NCBI GenBank assembly: GCA_963814735.1
Contig: CAWFEC010000002.1
Location: 132,048 to 196,047 of the forward strand
Source: an uncultured Acidobacteriota bacterium
GTDB lineage: Bacteria; Acidobacteriota; Terriglobia; Acidiferrales; UBA7541
Reading direction: 5' to 3'
DNA length: 64,000 nucleotides
The position numbers were made by a program, and so were the translations under genes. Shown here one piece after another: positions 46,970-55,986 of this stretch. The notes below the pieces were generated by a model. It ran no database searches, was not told the origin of the DNA, and saw only the letters and a program-made list of their open reading frames with translations. Numbering within the stretch: the stretch's first letter is position 1; each line of letters starts with the position of its first letter.

Positions 46970-47770
46970 TTAAAAGAAAAAGAATCGCTTCCGCCGGCCG
47001 GTTCGTATTCCTCGCACGGCTTCTTCATCCATGCCCGCGCCTTCGGGCAGCTCCGGCACCCACAGCAGCGGGCGTCCTTCGAACGCCGCCAGCGGATTAT
47101 CGATCAGCAGCGCTCGCGCCACGTCTTCTCCGCGCGTCTTCGCCACCATGTCGAAGGTTTCCCTCAGCCGCAGCGGCCGGGTTGTGATGTTGTGCGCGTC
47201 GCTCGCGATGAAATGGACGGCATTTGCGTTGAGCCACTCTTCGGCCATCGCTTGCGCCGCCTCGCCCCATTTGCCGAGCAACGATTGCGCCGTGATCTGC
47301 GCGTAGCAGCCCTGGTTCAGCCATTGGTAGAGCCGTTCGGGCTGCGAACGGATCAGCGGATTGCGCTCAGGATGCGTGATGATCGGCCGCAAACCCGCCA
47401 ATTGCAATTCATGCAGCGCCTGGTCGAGCGACGGCGGAATCGAATAATCCGCAAACTCGACGAGCAGGTATTTCTTCTGATTCAGCGTAAACCGCCATGC
47501 ATCGCGCCGGATATCCTGCAAATTCTCGAAGCTCAGATGAAAATCGCATCCAGTGGCGAAAATGATCCGGCCCTCGAATCGCGACTGCAACTCATCGCGC
47601 CGCTGCCGGATCGCGTCCGGCAGAAACGGCCACGCGGGGCTGGCGTGCGGCGTGGCGATAATGTGCGTCACGCCGTCTTCGATGGCCATTTCGGCCATTC
47701 CACAAGCAATCTCCATCGATTCCGCGCCGTCGTCGAGATTGGGAAGAATGTGGCAGTGAATATCGACCAT
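46970..47770 (-). CDS. PHP-family protein-tyrosine phosphatase (CpsB/CapC/YwqE-like)
   Basis: MVDIHCHILPNLDDGAESMEIA...THIIATPH...ASDAHN are the metal-binding motifs of CpsB-type phosphatases. Confidence 0.8.
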   Translation of the reverse strand: MVDIHCHILPNLDDGAESMEIACGMAEMAIEDGVTHIIATPHASPAWPFLPDAIRQRRDELQSRFEGRIIFATGCDFHLSFENLQDIRRDAWRFTLNQKKYLLVEFADYSIPPSLDQALHELQLAGLRPIITHPERNPLIRSQPERLYQWLNQGCYAQITAQSLLGKWGEAAQAMAEEWLNANAVHFIASDAHNITTRPLRLRETFDMVAKTRGEDVARALLIDNPLAAFEGRPLLWVPELPEGAGMDEEAVRGIRTGRRKRFFFF

Positions 47771-47883
47771 TTAAAACAGCATAGCGCAGCCGAAATGCGA
47801 TCACAACGCCGGTCCTGCGGCGTAGTCGTGTCATTTTCGTCTGGTGCGCATTCATCGCACCCGCGGTTCGGAGATCCCCGGGG

Positions 47884-47928
47884 CCTCCGTGCTCTCAGCG
47901 GTTCTCTGTGCACTCTGTGCTTAGCTGG
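47884..47928 (+). repeat. dispersed TTCTCTGTG-type intergenic repeat
   Basis: CCTCCGTGCTCTCAGCGGTTCTCTGTGCACTCTGTGCTTAGCTGG aligns closely by eye with 51948-51993. Confidence 0.5.
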
Positions 47929-48075
47929 TGTCCGATTCCTTGTAGCAACGAGTGGCGCCACGCCTCCGGCCCTCCTCAGACTGCGCGCTTCCTGCTATTC
48001 TCTTGCTTCGCAGTGTCGACCTCTTGTTTGGCTTCAGACGTGTTCGGCCCGGATAATCCGGCCCGAAGCAAATCC

Positions 48076-49458
48076 ATGCAAACTCGGGAGGAAGGGGACG
48101 GGGTGGCAACGGAGCGCAAGCCGGAGTTTTTCGCTGGGAAGGACGGGCACGTTGGAATCATCGGGTGCGGCTACGTGGGCCTGCCGCTCGCGCTGCGCTT
48201 CGCGGACGTGGGCCACCGAGTCACGGGGTTCGACCTCGATAAATCCAAGGTCGACAAGCTCAACGCCGGCCAGTCCTACATCCAGCACATCTCGGCCGAT
48301 AGAATTCGCGCACACGTCGAGGGAAAACGCTTCGACGCCACCACGGATTTTTCGCGGCTCAAGCAAGTAGATGCGGTGCTGATCTGCGTGCCCACTCCGC
48401 TCGACGAGCGCCGCGAGCCCGACCTCACATACGTGGCCGATACGACCAAAGCGATCGCCCCGAACCTCCAGCGCAACCATCTGATCGTCCTCGAGAGCAC
48501 CACGTATCCTGGCACCACCGAAGAGCTAGTCCTCCCGATCCTCGAGGCGACCGGCCTGAAATGTCCGATCGCGCGCGGCCCGGCCGCCGAAAACATCGCC
48601 ACCGACTTCTATCTCGCTTTTTCGCCCGAGCGCGAGGACCCCGGCAACAAGCAATACGGCCTGGCGCAGATTCCCAAGGTCGTCGGCGGAATCAATCCTC
48701 CGAGCGGCCGGGCAGCGGCCGGCCTCTACGCGCAGATTGTTTCCAAGGTCGTGCCGGTCAGCTCGACGCGCGCCGCCGAAATGGCCAAGCTGCTCGAAAA
48801 CATCTTCCGCTGCGTGAATATCGCGCTGGTCAACGAACTGAAGCAGCTCTGCCTCCGCATGGACCTCGACGTTTGGGAAGTGATCGACAGCGCCGCAACC
48901 AAGCCATTCGGCTTCATGCCTTTCTATCCCGGCCCGGGGCTGGGCGGGCACTGCATTCCCGTCGACCCGTATTACCTGTCGTGGAAGGCGCGGGAATACG
49001 ATTTCGCCACTCGCTTCATCGAACTGGCGGGCGAAATCAATACCGAGATGCCCTACCATGTCGTCAACGCCGTTGCGGGCGCGCTCAACGACCGCCAAAA
49101 GAGCATCAAGGGCTCGAAAATCCTGCTGCTCGGCGTGGCCTACAAGAAAGATGTCGATGACCTGCGCGAATCGCCCTCGCTAAAGCTGCTCGAGCTGCTC
49201 ACCGCCCGCGGCGCCGCCATCGACTACAACGACCCCTATTTCCCGGCCCTTCACAAGATGCGCCACTACGATTTCTCGGACAAACGCTCGGTCGAGCTGA
49301 CGCCTGCGAATCTCGGCGCCTACGACTGCGTCCTGATCGCCACCGATCATTCCAGCTACGATTACGATGCGATCGTAAAGCACGCCCGGCTGGTGGTCGA
49401 TACCCGTAATGCCACTCGCCGCGTCAAAGAGGCGCCCGAAAAGGTCGTCCACTGCTGA
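48076..49458 (+). CDS. nucleotide-sugar dehydrogenase (UDP-N-acetyl-D-mannosamine/glucosamine dehydrogenase-like)
   Basis: VGIIGCGYVGLPLALRFA NAD motif, catalytic-region GLGGHCIPVDPYY, and a C-terminal UDP-binding domain. ATG 48076; the track start at 47908 is an over-extension. Confidence 0.85.
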   Translation: MQTREEGDGVATERKPEFFAGKDGHVGIIGCGYVGLPLALRFADVGHRVTGFDLDKSKVDKLNAGQSYIQHISADRIRAHVEGKRFDATTDFSRLKQVDAVLICVPTPLDERREPDLTYVADTTKAIAPNLQRNHLIVLESTTYPGTTEELVLPILEATGLKCPIARGPAAENIATDFYLAFSPEREDPGNKQYGLAQIPKVVGGINPPSGRAAAGLYAQIVSKVVPVSSTRAAEMAKLLENIFRCVNIALVNELKQLCLRMDLDVWEVIDSAATKPFGFMPFYPGPGLGGHCIPVDPYYLSWKAREYDFATRFIELAGEINTEMPYHVVNAVAGALNDRQKSIKGSKILLLGVAYKKDVDDLRESPSLKLLELLTARGAAIDYNDPYFPALHKMRHYDFSDKRSVELTPANLGAYDCVLIATDHSSYDYDAIVKHARLVVDTRNATRRVKEAPEKVVHC

Positions 49459-49551
49459 GGCCGCGCCCTCCAGGCTTGAGGTTAACTGTGAGGTGCCAAT
49501 GGGACCAACGTACTATTGCCACGTTAATACAATAGCCCTAGCGTACTATAC

Positions 49552-49932
49552 ATGGACGCACAGACCGTCTCGCGCCAGGATAAGCAAGCCGTGACCGTGG
49601 AAGCCAGCCGCCGCCGCAGCATGCGGGTGCTGCTGAGCGTGCCGATTCGGGTCACAGGCAAAACCGCCGCCAACGAGGACTTCGAGGAGCAGACACGCAC
49701 CCTCGTGGTGAATGCGCATGGCGCCCTGATTTCCCTGCAGGCTCCCATCGCTGCCAATCAGCGTCTTACCGTCGAGCACAAAGCCACCAACGAATCGCGC
49801 GAATGCCGCGTGGTGCATGTGGGAACGCAGGCGGCCGGGAAAATACAGGTCGGAATCGAGTTCGTGAAGCCGTCGGGCGCATTCTGGCAAATCGATTTTC
49901 CTCCGGACGACTGGGTGGTCCCGGAAAGTTGA
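49552..49932 (+). CDS. PilZ-domain-like protein (putative c-di-GMP receptor)
   Basis: 126 aa. The RRRSMR (RxxxR) element is followed about 30 residues later by TLVVNAHGALISL. This resembles single-domain PilZ proteins, but the second motif is not a canonical DxSxxG. Confidence 0.5.
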   Translation: MDAQTVSRQDKQAVTVEASRRRSMRVLLSVPIRVTGKTAANEDFEEQTRTLVVNAHGALISLQAPIAANQRLTVEHKATNESRECRVVHVGTQAAGKIQVGIEFVKPSGAFWQIDFPPDDWVVPES

Positions 49933-49968
49933 GCGCATTTCGCCGCCCGAAGAGACATCTCCGAGAAA

Positions 49969-50793
49969 TTACTGCGATGATGAAGTAAGTTCGGCGCGCA
50001 AGTTTCCGAACGGAAGCTGCGCCTGCATCAGGACTGGTGTGCGCGCGGCGTCGTTCGCAATCCATACGATCACGTGGACGCCCGCCACCGGCTTCTGGTG
50101 CTGGAATAGATCGATCGCGATTCGCGACGTGGAAAAAGTGCCCGCGGCGATTGCCACGCTGTCGTCCGTGGTTTCGCGCTTGGCCGTGGCTTCGTACAGG
50201 TCGTGCCCATCGTAGACGGTTCCTAGGAATTCCGGCGTGCGCTCCCAATCGACGTGGCGCAGCTCGTAGAGCGTGCCCAGCGGATCGCGCGTGCCCGCCA
50301 GCACCACGATGCTCGGCCCAGGCCCGCGCGATGGCACACCCGGCGCCGTGAAATGGAATACTTGATCCTCGATTTTGCCGAGCTCATCGAGATGCGTTTC
50401 GTACTGCCGGGATGCGAGCGTCGATTGATCGGCGTAGGAATCGAACTGGTCGTCGACTGAAAACAGCTCGCGGACGGGGTTGAGCGTGTGCGCCAGCGCG
50501 CGGAAATGCCACGTCGAGTAACCGAAAAGGTCGCGCTGCTCGGGGACGGTCAATTGGACCGAGGCCGCATTCGAGAATGCCGACCACGACACGCGGTAAT
50601 TCAGCGTCTCGCCCGTGCGAAACGGCATCGCAACCGGCTCCATCGCCGCGGGCGGATCGGCCTTCGACCTGATCGCCTTGTGGTGCGCCGTTTTCTGAGC
50701 GCTCGCCGTCGCCGCCGGCAGCAATAGCGCACCGGCTGCCACAAATATCGCGGCGATCGGGCCGCGTCTCCTCCAATTTCCGTGTGCCCTCAT
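49969..50793 (-). CDS. secreted DUF3108-like protein
   Basis: A signal peptide, then FRTGETLNYRVSWSAFSNAASVQLTV. Its length and beta-rich pattern resemble DUF3108. Confidence 0.5.
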   Translation of the reverse strand: MRAHGNWRRRGPIAAIFVAAGALLLPAATASAQKTAHHKAIRSKADPPAAMEPVAMPFRTGETLNYRVSWSAFSNAASVQLTVPEQRDLFGYSTWHFRALAHTLNPVRELFSVDDQFDSYADQSTLASRQYETHLDELGKIEDQVFHFTAPGVPSRGPGPSIVVLAGTRDPLGTLYELRHVDWERTPEFLGTVYDGHDLYEATAKRETTDDSVAIAAGTFSTSRIAIDLFQHQKPVAGVHVIVWIANDAARTPVLMQAQLPFGNLRAELTSSSQ

Positions 50794-50990
50794 CTTCCTT
50801 TAGCTGTGATTCTCCTTTGCCCGAAAGTGTTGCGCCGCGTGCAACGGCGCTTGCCGCATATCAGCTGTCGGGCTATATTCAAGCGTACCCGAAAACGCGC
50901 AGCAGGGTCACCTCGTCCCGGGAGTCTCCAAAGCTCGTTGAGATTGGGACATCTTGCTTCGGCGCCCCTTCCGCACAGGAGTTTCACCAT

Positions 50991-51932
50991 TTGCGCTATC
51001 TCGTGACAGGTGGTGCGGGTTTTATCGGTTCCAACGTCGTGGACGAGCTCGTGCGGCGCGGCCATTCCGTCGTGGTGCTCGACGATCTTTCGAGCGGCAG
51101 CGAAGAGAATCTGGCGGGCGTCCGCTCGAAGATCGAATTGCGGATCGGCAGCATTATCGATCTCGCGAAGGTGCAATCGGCCTGCGTCGGCGCCGACTAC
51201 GTGATCCATCTCGCCGCGCGCACCTCGGTGCCGAAATCGGTGAAAGATCCCCTCGAAACGAATCACGTGAATATCGACGGCACGCTCAACGTGCTCGTCG
51301 CCGCCCGCGACGCCAAAGTGCGCAGGTTCGTCTACGCGGCATCATCGTCCGCATACGGCGAGACGCCGACGCTGCCGAAAATCGAGTCGATGCAGCCCGA
51401 GCCGATTTCGCCCTACGGTGTCACGAAATTCGTCGGCGAGCTTTACGCGCAGGTTTTCGGCCGCGTCTACGGCCTCGAAAACGCGTCGGTGCGCTATTTC
51501 AACGTATTCGGGCCGCGCCAGGACCCGACGTCGCAGTATTCGGGCGTCCTCTCGCGCTTCATGCTGGCGGTGCTCAAGAGCGAGCCGCTGGTAATTTACG
51601 GCGATGGCGAGCAATCGCGCGACTTTACCTTTATCGATAACATTGTCGACGAGACGCTGCGCGCCTGCGAGGCGCCCGGCGCCTCGGGCAAGGTCTTCAA
51701 CGGCGGCACCGGCGCGCGCATCACTCTGAACCAGGTCGTAAAGCTCCTCGAAAAAATCACGGGCAAAAAGCTTCCGGTGACGTATGACCCGCCTCGCGAC
51801 GGCGATATCCGCGATTCGCAGGCCGACGTTTCGCTCGCGCGCAAAATCCTCGGCTACGACCCGCGCGTCCTCTTCGAGGAAGGCCTGCAGCGCACCTGGG
51901 ACTGGTACAAAGCCGCCTACGGCAAGCAGTAA
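50991..51932 (+). CDS. NAD-dependent sugar-nucleotide epimerase/dehydratase (SDR, WbpP/TviC-like)
   Basis: YLVTGGAGFIGSNVVDEL, the catalytic YGVTK (YxxxK), and RYFNVFGPRQDP. A TTG 50991 start with AGGAG 8 nt upstream is proposed; the track start at 50784 is an over-extension. Confidence 0.85.
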   Translation: MRYLVTGGAGFIGSNVVDELVRRGHSVVVLDDLSSGSEENLAGVRSKIELRIGSIIDLAKVQSACVGADYVIHLAARTSVPKSVKDPLETNHVNIDGTLNVLVAARDAKVRRFVYAASSSAYGETPTLPKIESMQPEPISPYGVTKFVGELYAQVFGRVYGLENASVRYFNVFGPRQDPTSQYSGVLSRFMLAVLKSEPLVIYGDGEQSRDFTFIDNIVDETLRACEAPGASGKVFNGGTGARITLNQVVKLLEKITGKKLPVTYDPPRDGDIRDSQADVSLARKILGYDPRVLFEEGLQRTWDWYKAAYGKQ

Positions 51933-51947
51933 CGCTCGCCCCAGGCG

Positions 51948-51993
51948 CCTCCGTGTACTCAGTGCTTCTCTGCGTGCTCTGTGTTTAGATGGG
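51948..51993 (+). repeat. dispersed TTCTCTGTG-type intergenic repeat
   Basis: CCTCCGTGTACTCAGTGCTTCTCTGCGTGCTCTGTGTTTAGATGGG begins 16 nt after the epimerase stop. Confidence 0.5.
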
Positions 51994-52121
51994 CGTTCGA
52001 GTCCGCGCCGACGGTCGATTGAAACATCGGACGGCCAGTTGCCGCGCACACGCGAGGCGTCTATCATGGGTAACTGCGCCGTGCGGCTGGCGGCGATCTG
52101 AGCCTGCGGCGAAAGGAAATC

Positions 52122-53195
52122 ATGGCGAGTGAAGCGGCGGTGATCGAGGCGTTGCGCGGGGTCATGGACCCCGAGCTGCACAAGGACATCGTCACTCTAG
52201 GCATGGCGAAAAATATCCAGGTGAACGATGGCTCCGTATCGCTGCTCGTCACCTTGACCACCCCCGCGTGCCCGCTGAAAGACACGATCGAAAAAGACGT
52301 CCGCGCCGCGCTCGCAAAAGTTCCGGGTGTCAGCTCGGTCGAGGTGAAATTCGATGCTTCGGTCCCGCCGGGGAAACGTTTGCAAGACAAAGCCCCAATC
52401 GAAGGCGTGAAGAATTTGGTCGCGGTCGCCAGCGGCAAGGGCGGCGTCGGCAAAACGACGGTCGCCGTAAACCTCGCAATCGCCCTGAAAAATATGGGCG
52501 CGACGGTCGGCCTGCTCGACGCTGATATCTACGGCCCCAACGTCCCGGTGATGCTCGGCACGCTCGAGCAGCCGCGCGCTCTCGACGAACGCACCATCAT
52601 CCCCGTGCAGGCGCACGGCGTGAAAATGATTTCGATGGGTCTGCTCAATCCGGGCGATAAGCCGCTTGTCTGGCGCGGCCCGATGCTGCACAGCGTGATG
52701 CAGCAATTCCTGCGCAGCGTGCGTTGGGGCCAGCTCGACTATCTGATCGTCGACTTGCCGCCGGGCACAGGTGATGTTCAGCTCAGCCTGATGCAAAGCG
52801 TCTCCGTCAGCGGCGCGGTCGTCGTTACGACGCCGTCGGTCGTCGCGCTCGCCGATGTGCGCAAGGCCGTCGAAATGTTCCGCCAGGTGAATGTCGAGAT
52901 TCTCGGCGTCGTCGAAAATATGAGCTATTTCGCCTGCCCGCACTGCCAGGGACACATCGATGTTTTCGGGCACGGCGAAGGCGAAAAGATGGCGCAGACC
53001 TTCGGCCTGCCATTCCTCGGCGAAATCGAGATCGATCCCAAGATTCGCATCGGCGGCGATACGGGGAAGCCGGTCGCGTCGCTCGGGCAAGAGGCGCCGG
53101 GCGCGAAGAGCATCTACGCGATGGCGCGCAACGTCGCAGCCCGACTCTCGGTCGTGAATTTGACGGCCTCGGCCCCGGTCGTCCAGATTCTGTAG
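52122..53195 (+). CDS. apbC: Mrp/ApbC/NBP35-family iron-sulfur cluster carrier ATPase
   Basis: N-terminal DUF59-like region (VMDPELHKDIVTLGM), deviant Walker A ASGKGGVGKTT, and the CPHC cluster-ligand motif. Confidence 0.9.
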   Translation: MASEAAVIEALRGVMDPELHKDIVTLGMAKNIQVNDGSVSLLVTLTTPACPLKDTIEKDVRAALAKVPGVSSVEVKFDASVPPGKRLQDKAPIEGVKNLVAVASGKGGVGKTTVAVNLAIALKNMGATVGLLDADIYGPNVPVMLGTLEQPRALDERTIIPVQAHGVKMISMGLLNPGDKPLVWRGPMLHSVMQQFLRSVRWGQLDYLIVDLPPGTGDVQLSLMQSVSVSGAVVVTTPSVVALADVRKAVEMFRQVNVEILGVVENMSYFACPHCQGHIDVFGHGEGEKMAQTFGLPFLGEIEIDPKIRIGGDTGKPVASLGQEAPGAKSIYAMARNVAARLSVVNLTASAPVVQIL

Positions 53196-53325
53196 CGCGT
53201 TTCATGCTGCCGGGTGGCACAGACAATCCTGTCTGTGCTCCTGTGCCGTTTAGCGGCTGAGTTTTCAATCGCGGGTATCGAAGTGGCACAGCAATTTACG
53301 ATTCCACCCGGAGACACGAACCCAC

Positions 53326-55452
53326 ATGAGCGAACTCGTTCAATTCACCACGGACAAAGACATCGCCATCATCACGATCAATAATCCGCCGGTTAACGCG
53401 CTCAGTCGCGGAGTCCCGGAAGGAATCGAAGCTGCCATCGCGCGGATCAACAGCGACGACTCGATCAAGGCCGCCGTGCTGATCGGCGGCGGCAAGACAT
53501 TCATCGCCGGCGCCGACATCAACATGTTCGTCGAAATGACCTCAGGCAAGGGCGGCAAAATCGACCTGCTGCCCACGCTGCTGAAAATCGAAGATTGCCG
53601 CAAGCCGGTGGTTGTCGCGCTGCACGGCAATGCGCTCGGCGGCGGCCTTGAAGTCGCGCAGGCCTGCCACTATCGCCTGATCGCTCCGGGCACTCGCGTG
53701 GGACAGCCGGAAGTGAATCTCGGGATCATTCCCGGCGCGGGTGGCACGCAGCGTTTGCCGCGCCTCGCAGGCATCGCGAAAGCGGTCGAGATGTGCACCA
53801 CGGGCAAGCCGGTAACGGCCGCCGAGGCGCTCGAAGCCGGAATCGTCGACAAGATCGTCGAAGGCGATCTGCTCGCTGGCGCAATCGCATTTGCCCGCGA
53901 AATCGCCGCCAAGCCGGTCCGCAAGACGCGCGAGCGCACCGAGAAACTCGGCACGCCCGAGCAAAATGCTCCGGTCTTCGCCGCTGCCCGAGAAAACGTC
54001 CGCAAGAAGCAGCGCGGCCTCCCCGCGCCGCTCGCGGCCATCGACGCAATCGAAGCCGCCACCAAGCTTCCCTTCGACAAAGGCTGCCTCGAAGAGGCGC
54101 GCCTCTTCGATACCTGCCTCTACACCGACGAATCGAAAGCCCTGATCCACGTATTTTTCGCCGAGCGCGAAGTGTCGAGAGTCCCGGACATCCCGAAAGA
54201 CCTGCCGCTGATTCCGGTGAATTCCGTCGCGATTGTCGGCGCGGGCACGATGGGAAGCGGCATCTCGATGGTCTGCGCCAACGCGGGCATTCCCGTGGTG
54301 CTGAAAGATTCGGATCAAGCCGCGCTCGATCGCGGCCTCGCCAACATCCGCAAAAATTACGCCACCTCCGTAAAGCGCGGCCGCTTCACGCAGCAGCAAG
54401 TCGACGAACGGATGGCGCTGATCAAGCCCACGCTCAGCTACGCCGATTTCGCCAACGCGGACATGGTGATCGAGGCCGTCTTCGAGACGATGCCCGTCAA
54501 GAAAGAAGTCTTCGCCGAGCTCGATCGCGTCTGCAAGCGGGGCGCGATTCTTTCGAGCAACACCTCCACGCTGAATATCGACGAGATCGCCGCCACCACC
54601 TCGCGCCCCGAAGCCGTGATCGGCATGCACTTCTTCAGCCCGGCCAACGTGATGCGCCTGCTCGAGATCGTGCGCGGCCGGAAGACCGGCAAGGACGTGA
54701 TCGCCACCTGCATGCAGCTCTCGAAAAAAATCGGCAAAATCGGCGTGCTCGTCGGCAATTGCCGCGGCTTCGTCGGCAACCGCATGTTTCTCCCCTACAT
54801 TCGCGAGGCGCAATTCCTTGTGGAAGAAGGCGCCACGCCCGAAGCGGTCGACGCCGCGCTCACCAATTGGGGAATGGCGATGGGGCCGCTGGCCGTCGGA
54901 GATCTCGGCGGACTCGACATCTCCTATCGCATCCGCAAGGAGTATCGGCACCTCGAAAAGCCCGGCACGCGCCAGCCCTATGTCGAGGATCGTCTCGTCG
55001 AGATGGGCCGCCTCGGCCAGAAAACCGGCGCGGGCTGGTACAAATATGATGCCGATCGCCGCGCGTCATCCGATCCCGAGGTCGCCGAGCTCGTCCGCAA
55101 GTGGAGAGCGGACGCCGGCACGCCGCAGCGCCAGATTTCGTCCGAGGAAATCGTCGAGCGTTGCGTCTATTGGCTGATCAACGAAGGCGCGCGCATCCTC
55201 GAGGAAGGCTACGCGCTGCGTGCCGGCGATATCGACACGATCTACGTGAATGGCTACGGCTTCCCGGCTTTCCGCGGCGGCCCCATGTGGTACGCGGGCG
55301 CCGTGGGACTCAAGAAAATCTACGACCGCGTCTCCGAATTTCACCGCCAGCATGGCCAAATCTGGGAACCCGCGCCCTTGCTCAAGCAACTCGCCGAGTC
55401 CGGCAAGACTTTCGCCGACTTCCAGCGCGAAAGCGTCCACGCCGCCGACTAG
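53326..55452 (+). CDS. multifunctional enoyl-CoA hydratase / 3-hydroxyacyl-CoA dehydrogenase (FadB/FadJ type)
   Basis: 708 aa. Crotonase N-domain (ITINNPPVNAL, ALHGNALGGGLE) plus a 3HCDH NAD domain (VAIVGAGTMGSGI). Confidence 0.9.
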   Translation: MSELVQFTTDKDIAIITINNPPVNALSRGVPEGIEAAIARINSDDSIKAAVLIGGGKTFIAGADINMFVEMTSGKGGKIDLLPTLLKIEDCRKPVVVALHGNALGGGLEVAQACHYRLIAPGTRVGQPEVNLGIIPGAGGTQRLPRLAGIAKAVEMCTTGKPVTAAEALEAGIVDKIVEGDLLAGAIAFAREIAAKPVRKTRERTEKLGTPEQNAPVFAAARENVRKKQRGLPAPLAAIDAIEAATKLPFDKGCLEEARLFDTCLYTDESKALIHVFFAEREVSRVPDIPKDLPLIPVNSVAIVGAGTMGSGISMVCANAGIPVVLKDSDQAALDRGLANIRKNYATSVKRGRFTQQQVDERMALIKPTLSYADFANADMVIEAVFETMPVKKEVFAELDRVCKRGAILSSNTSTLNIDEIAATTSRPEAVIGMHFFSPANVMRLLEIVRGRKTGKDVIATCMQLSKKIGKIGVLVGNCRGFVGNRMFLPYIREAQFLVEEGATPEAVDAALTNWGMAMGPLAVGDLGGLDISYRIRKEYRHLEKPGTRQPYVEDRLVEMGRLGQKTGAGWYKYDADRRASSDPEVAELVRKWRADAGTPQRQISSEEIVERCVYWLINEGARILEEGYALRAGDIDTIYVNGYGFPAFRGGPMWYAGAVGLKKIYDRVSEFHRQHGQIWEPAPLLKQLAESGKTFADFQRESVHAAD

Positions 55453-55473
55453 CCGCCTTTGATTTTCCGGGTG

Positions 55474-55500
55474 CCCCATCCTCGGTTTGTGAGGGTGGGG
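55474..55500 (+). terminator. second copy of the repeat-borne hairpin, between the convergent fadB-like and maoC-like genes
   Basis: CCCCATCCTC-GGTTTGT-GAGGGTGGGG. A T-rich stretch (CTCTTTTTCC) follows 9 nt later. Confidence 0.45.
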
Positions 55501-55521
55501 CCTTCGGCTCTTTTTCCAGCG

Positions 55522-55983
55522 CTACACGTAAAACCGCATAACCCACTCAGCCACGCAGCAAGGCTTCGCAGCATTCTCTCCCTCGACCGTCACCACCACT
55601 TCCGCCTCGACGCAATCCGCAAGTTCCTTCAACGCCTTCAGCGCGACTCGCGCGCGAATCCTCGAATCCGCCGGCACCGCAGCAGGGAACCGCACGCGAT
55701 TCAATCCGTAATTCACACTCATGCGCACGCCGCGCACCTGAAACGCCTGCTTCGCAAGATGGCCGATCAGCGATAGCGTCAGAAAGCCGTGCGCAATCGT
55801 CGTGCCGTAGGGCGATTCGCGCGCCGCGCGCTCGCGATCCTCGTGGATCCACTGGTGATCCTCAGTCGTTGCCGCAAATTGACTGATACGTTCTTGCGTC
55901 ACCAAAAACCAATCCGATACCCCAAGCTCGCGCCCGACGAATTCCTTCAGTGCCTGCGGCGATTCCAGAATGAGAGGCGGCAT
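55522..55983 (-). CDS. MaoC-like (R)-specific enoyl-CoA hydratase / dehydratase
   Basis: 153 aa. The DHQWIHEDRERAARESPYGTTIAHGFLTLSL hot-dog motif. Confidence 0.85.
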   Translation of the reverse strand: MPPLILESPQALKEFVGRELGVSDWFLVTQERISQFAATTEDHQWIHEDRERAARESPYGTTIAHGFLTLSLIGHLAKQAFQVRGVRMSVNYGLNRVRFPAAVPADSRIRARVALKALKELADCVEAEVVVTVEGENAAKPCCVAEWVMRFYV

Positions 55984-55986
55984 GGG

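Noticed and set aside
46841-48370. 509-aa plus-strand ORF spanning the cpsB-like gene and the 5' region of the sugar dehydrogenase.
   Set aside because: Its translation is low-complexity and R/P/S-rich. The region is explained by the minus-strand PHP phosphatase (46970-47770) and the plus-strand dehydrogenase starting at 48076.
53282-53298. Possible sigma-54 promoter (TGGCAC-N5-TT..) upstream of the fadB-like gene, and the similar TGGCAC at 53215.
   Set aside because: The -24 GG element is present. At the required spacing the -12 position reads TTTA (or ATCC for the first copy) instead of TTGC, so the conserved GC is missing.
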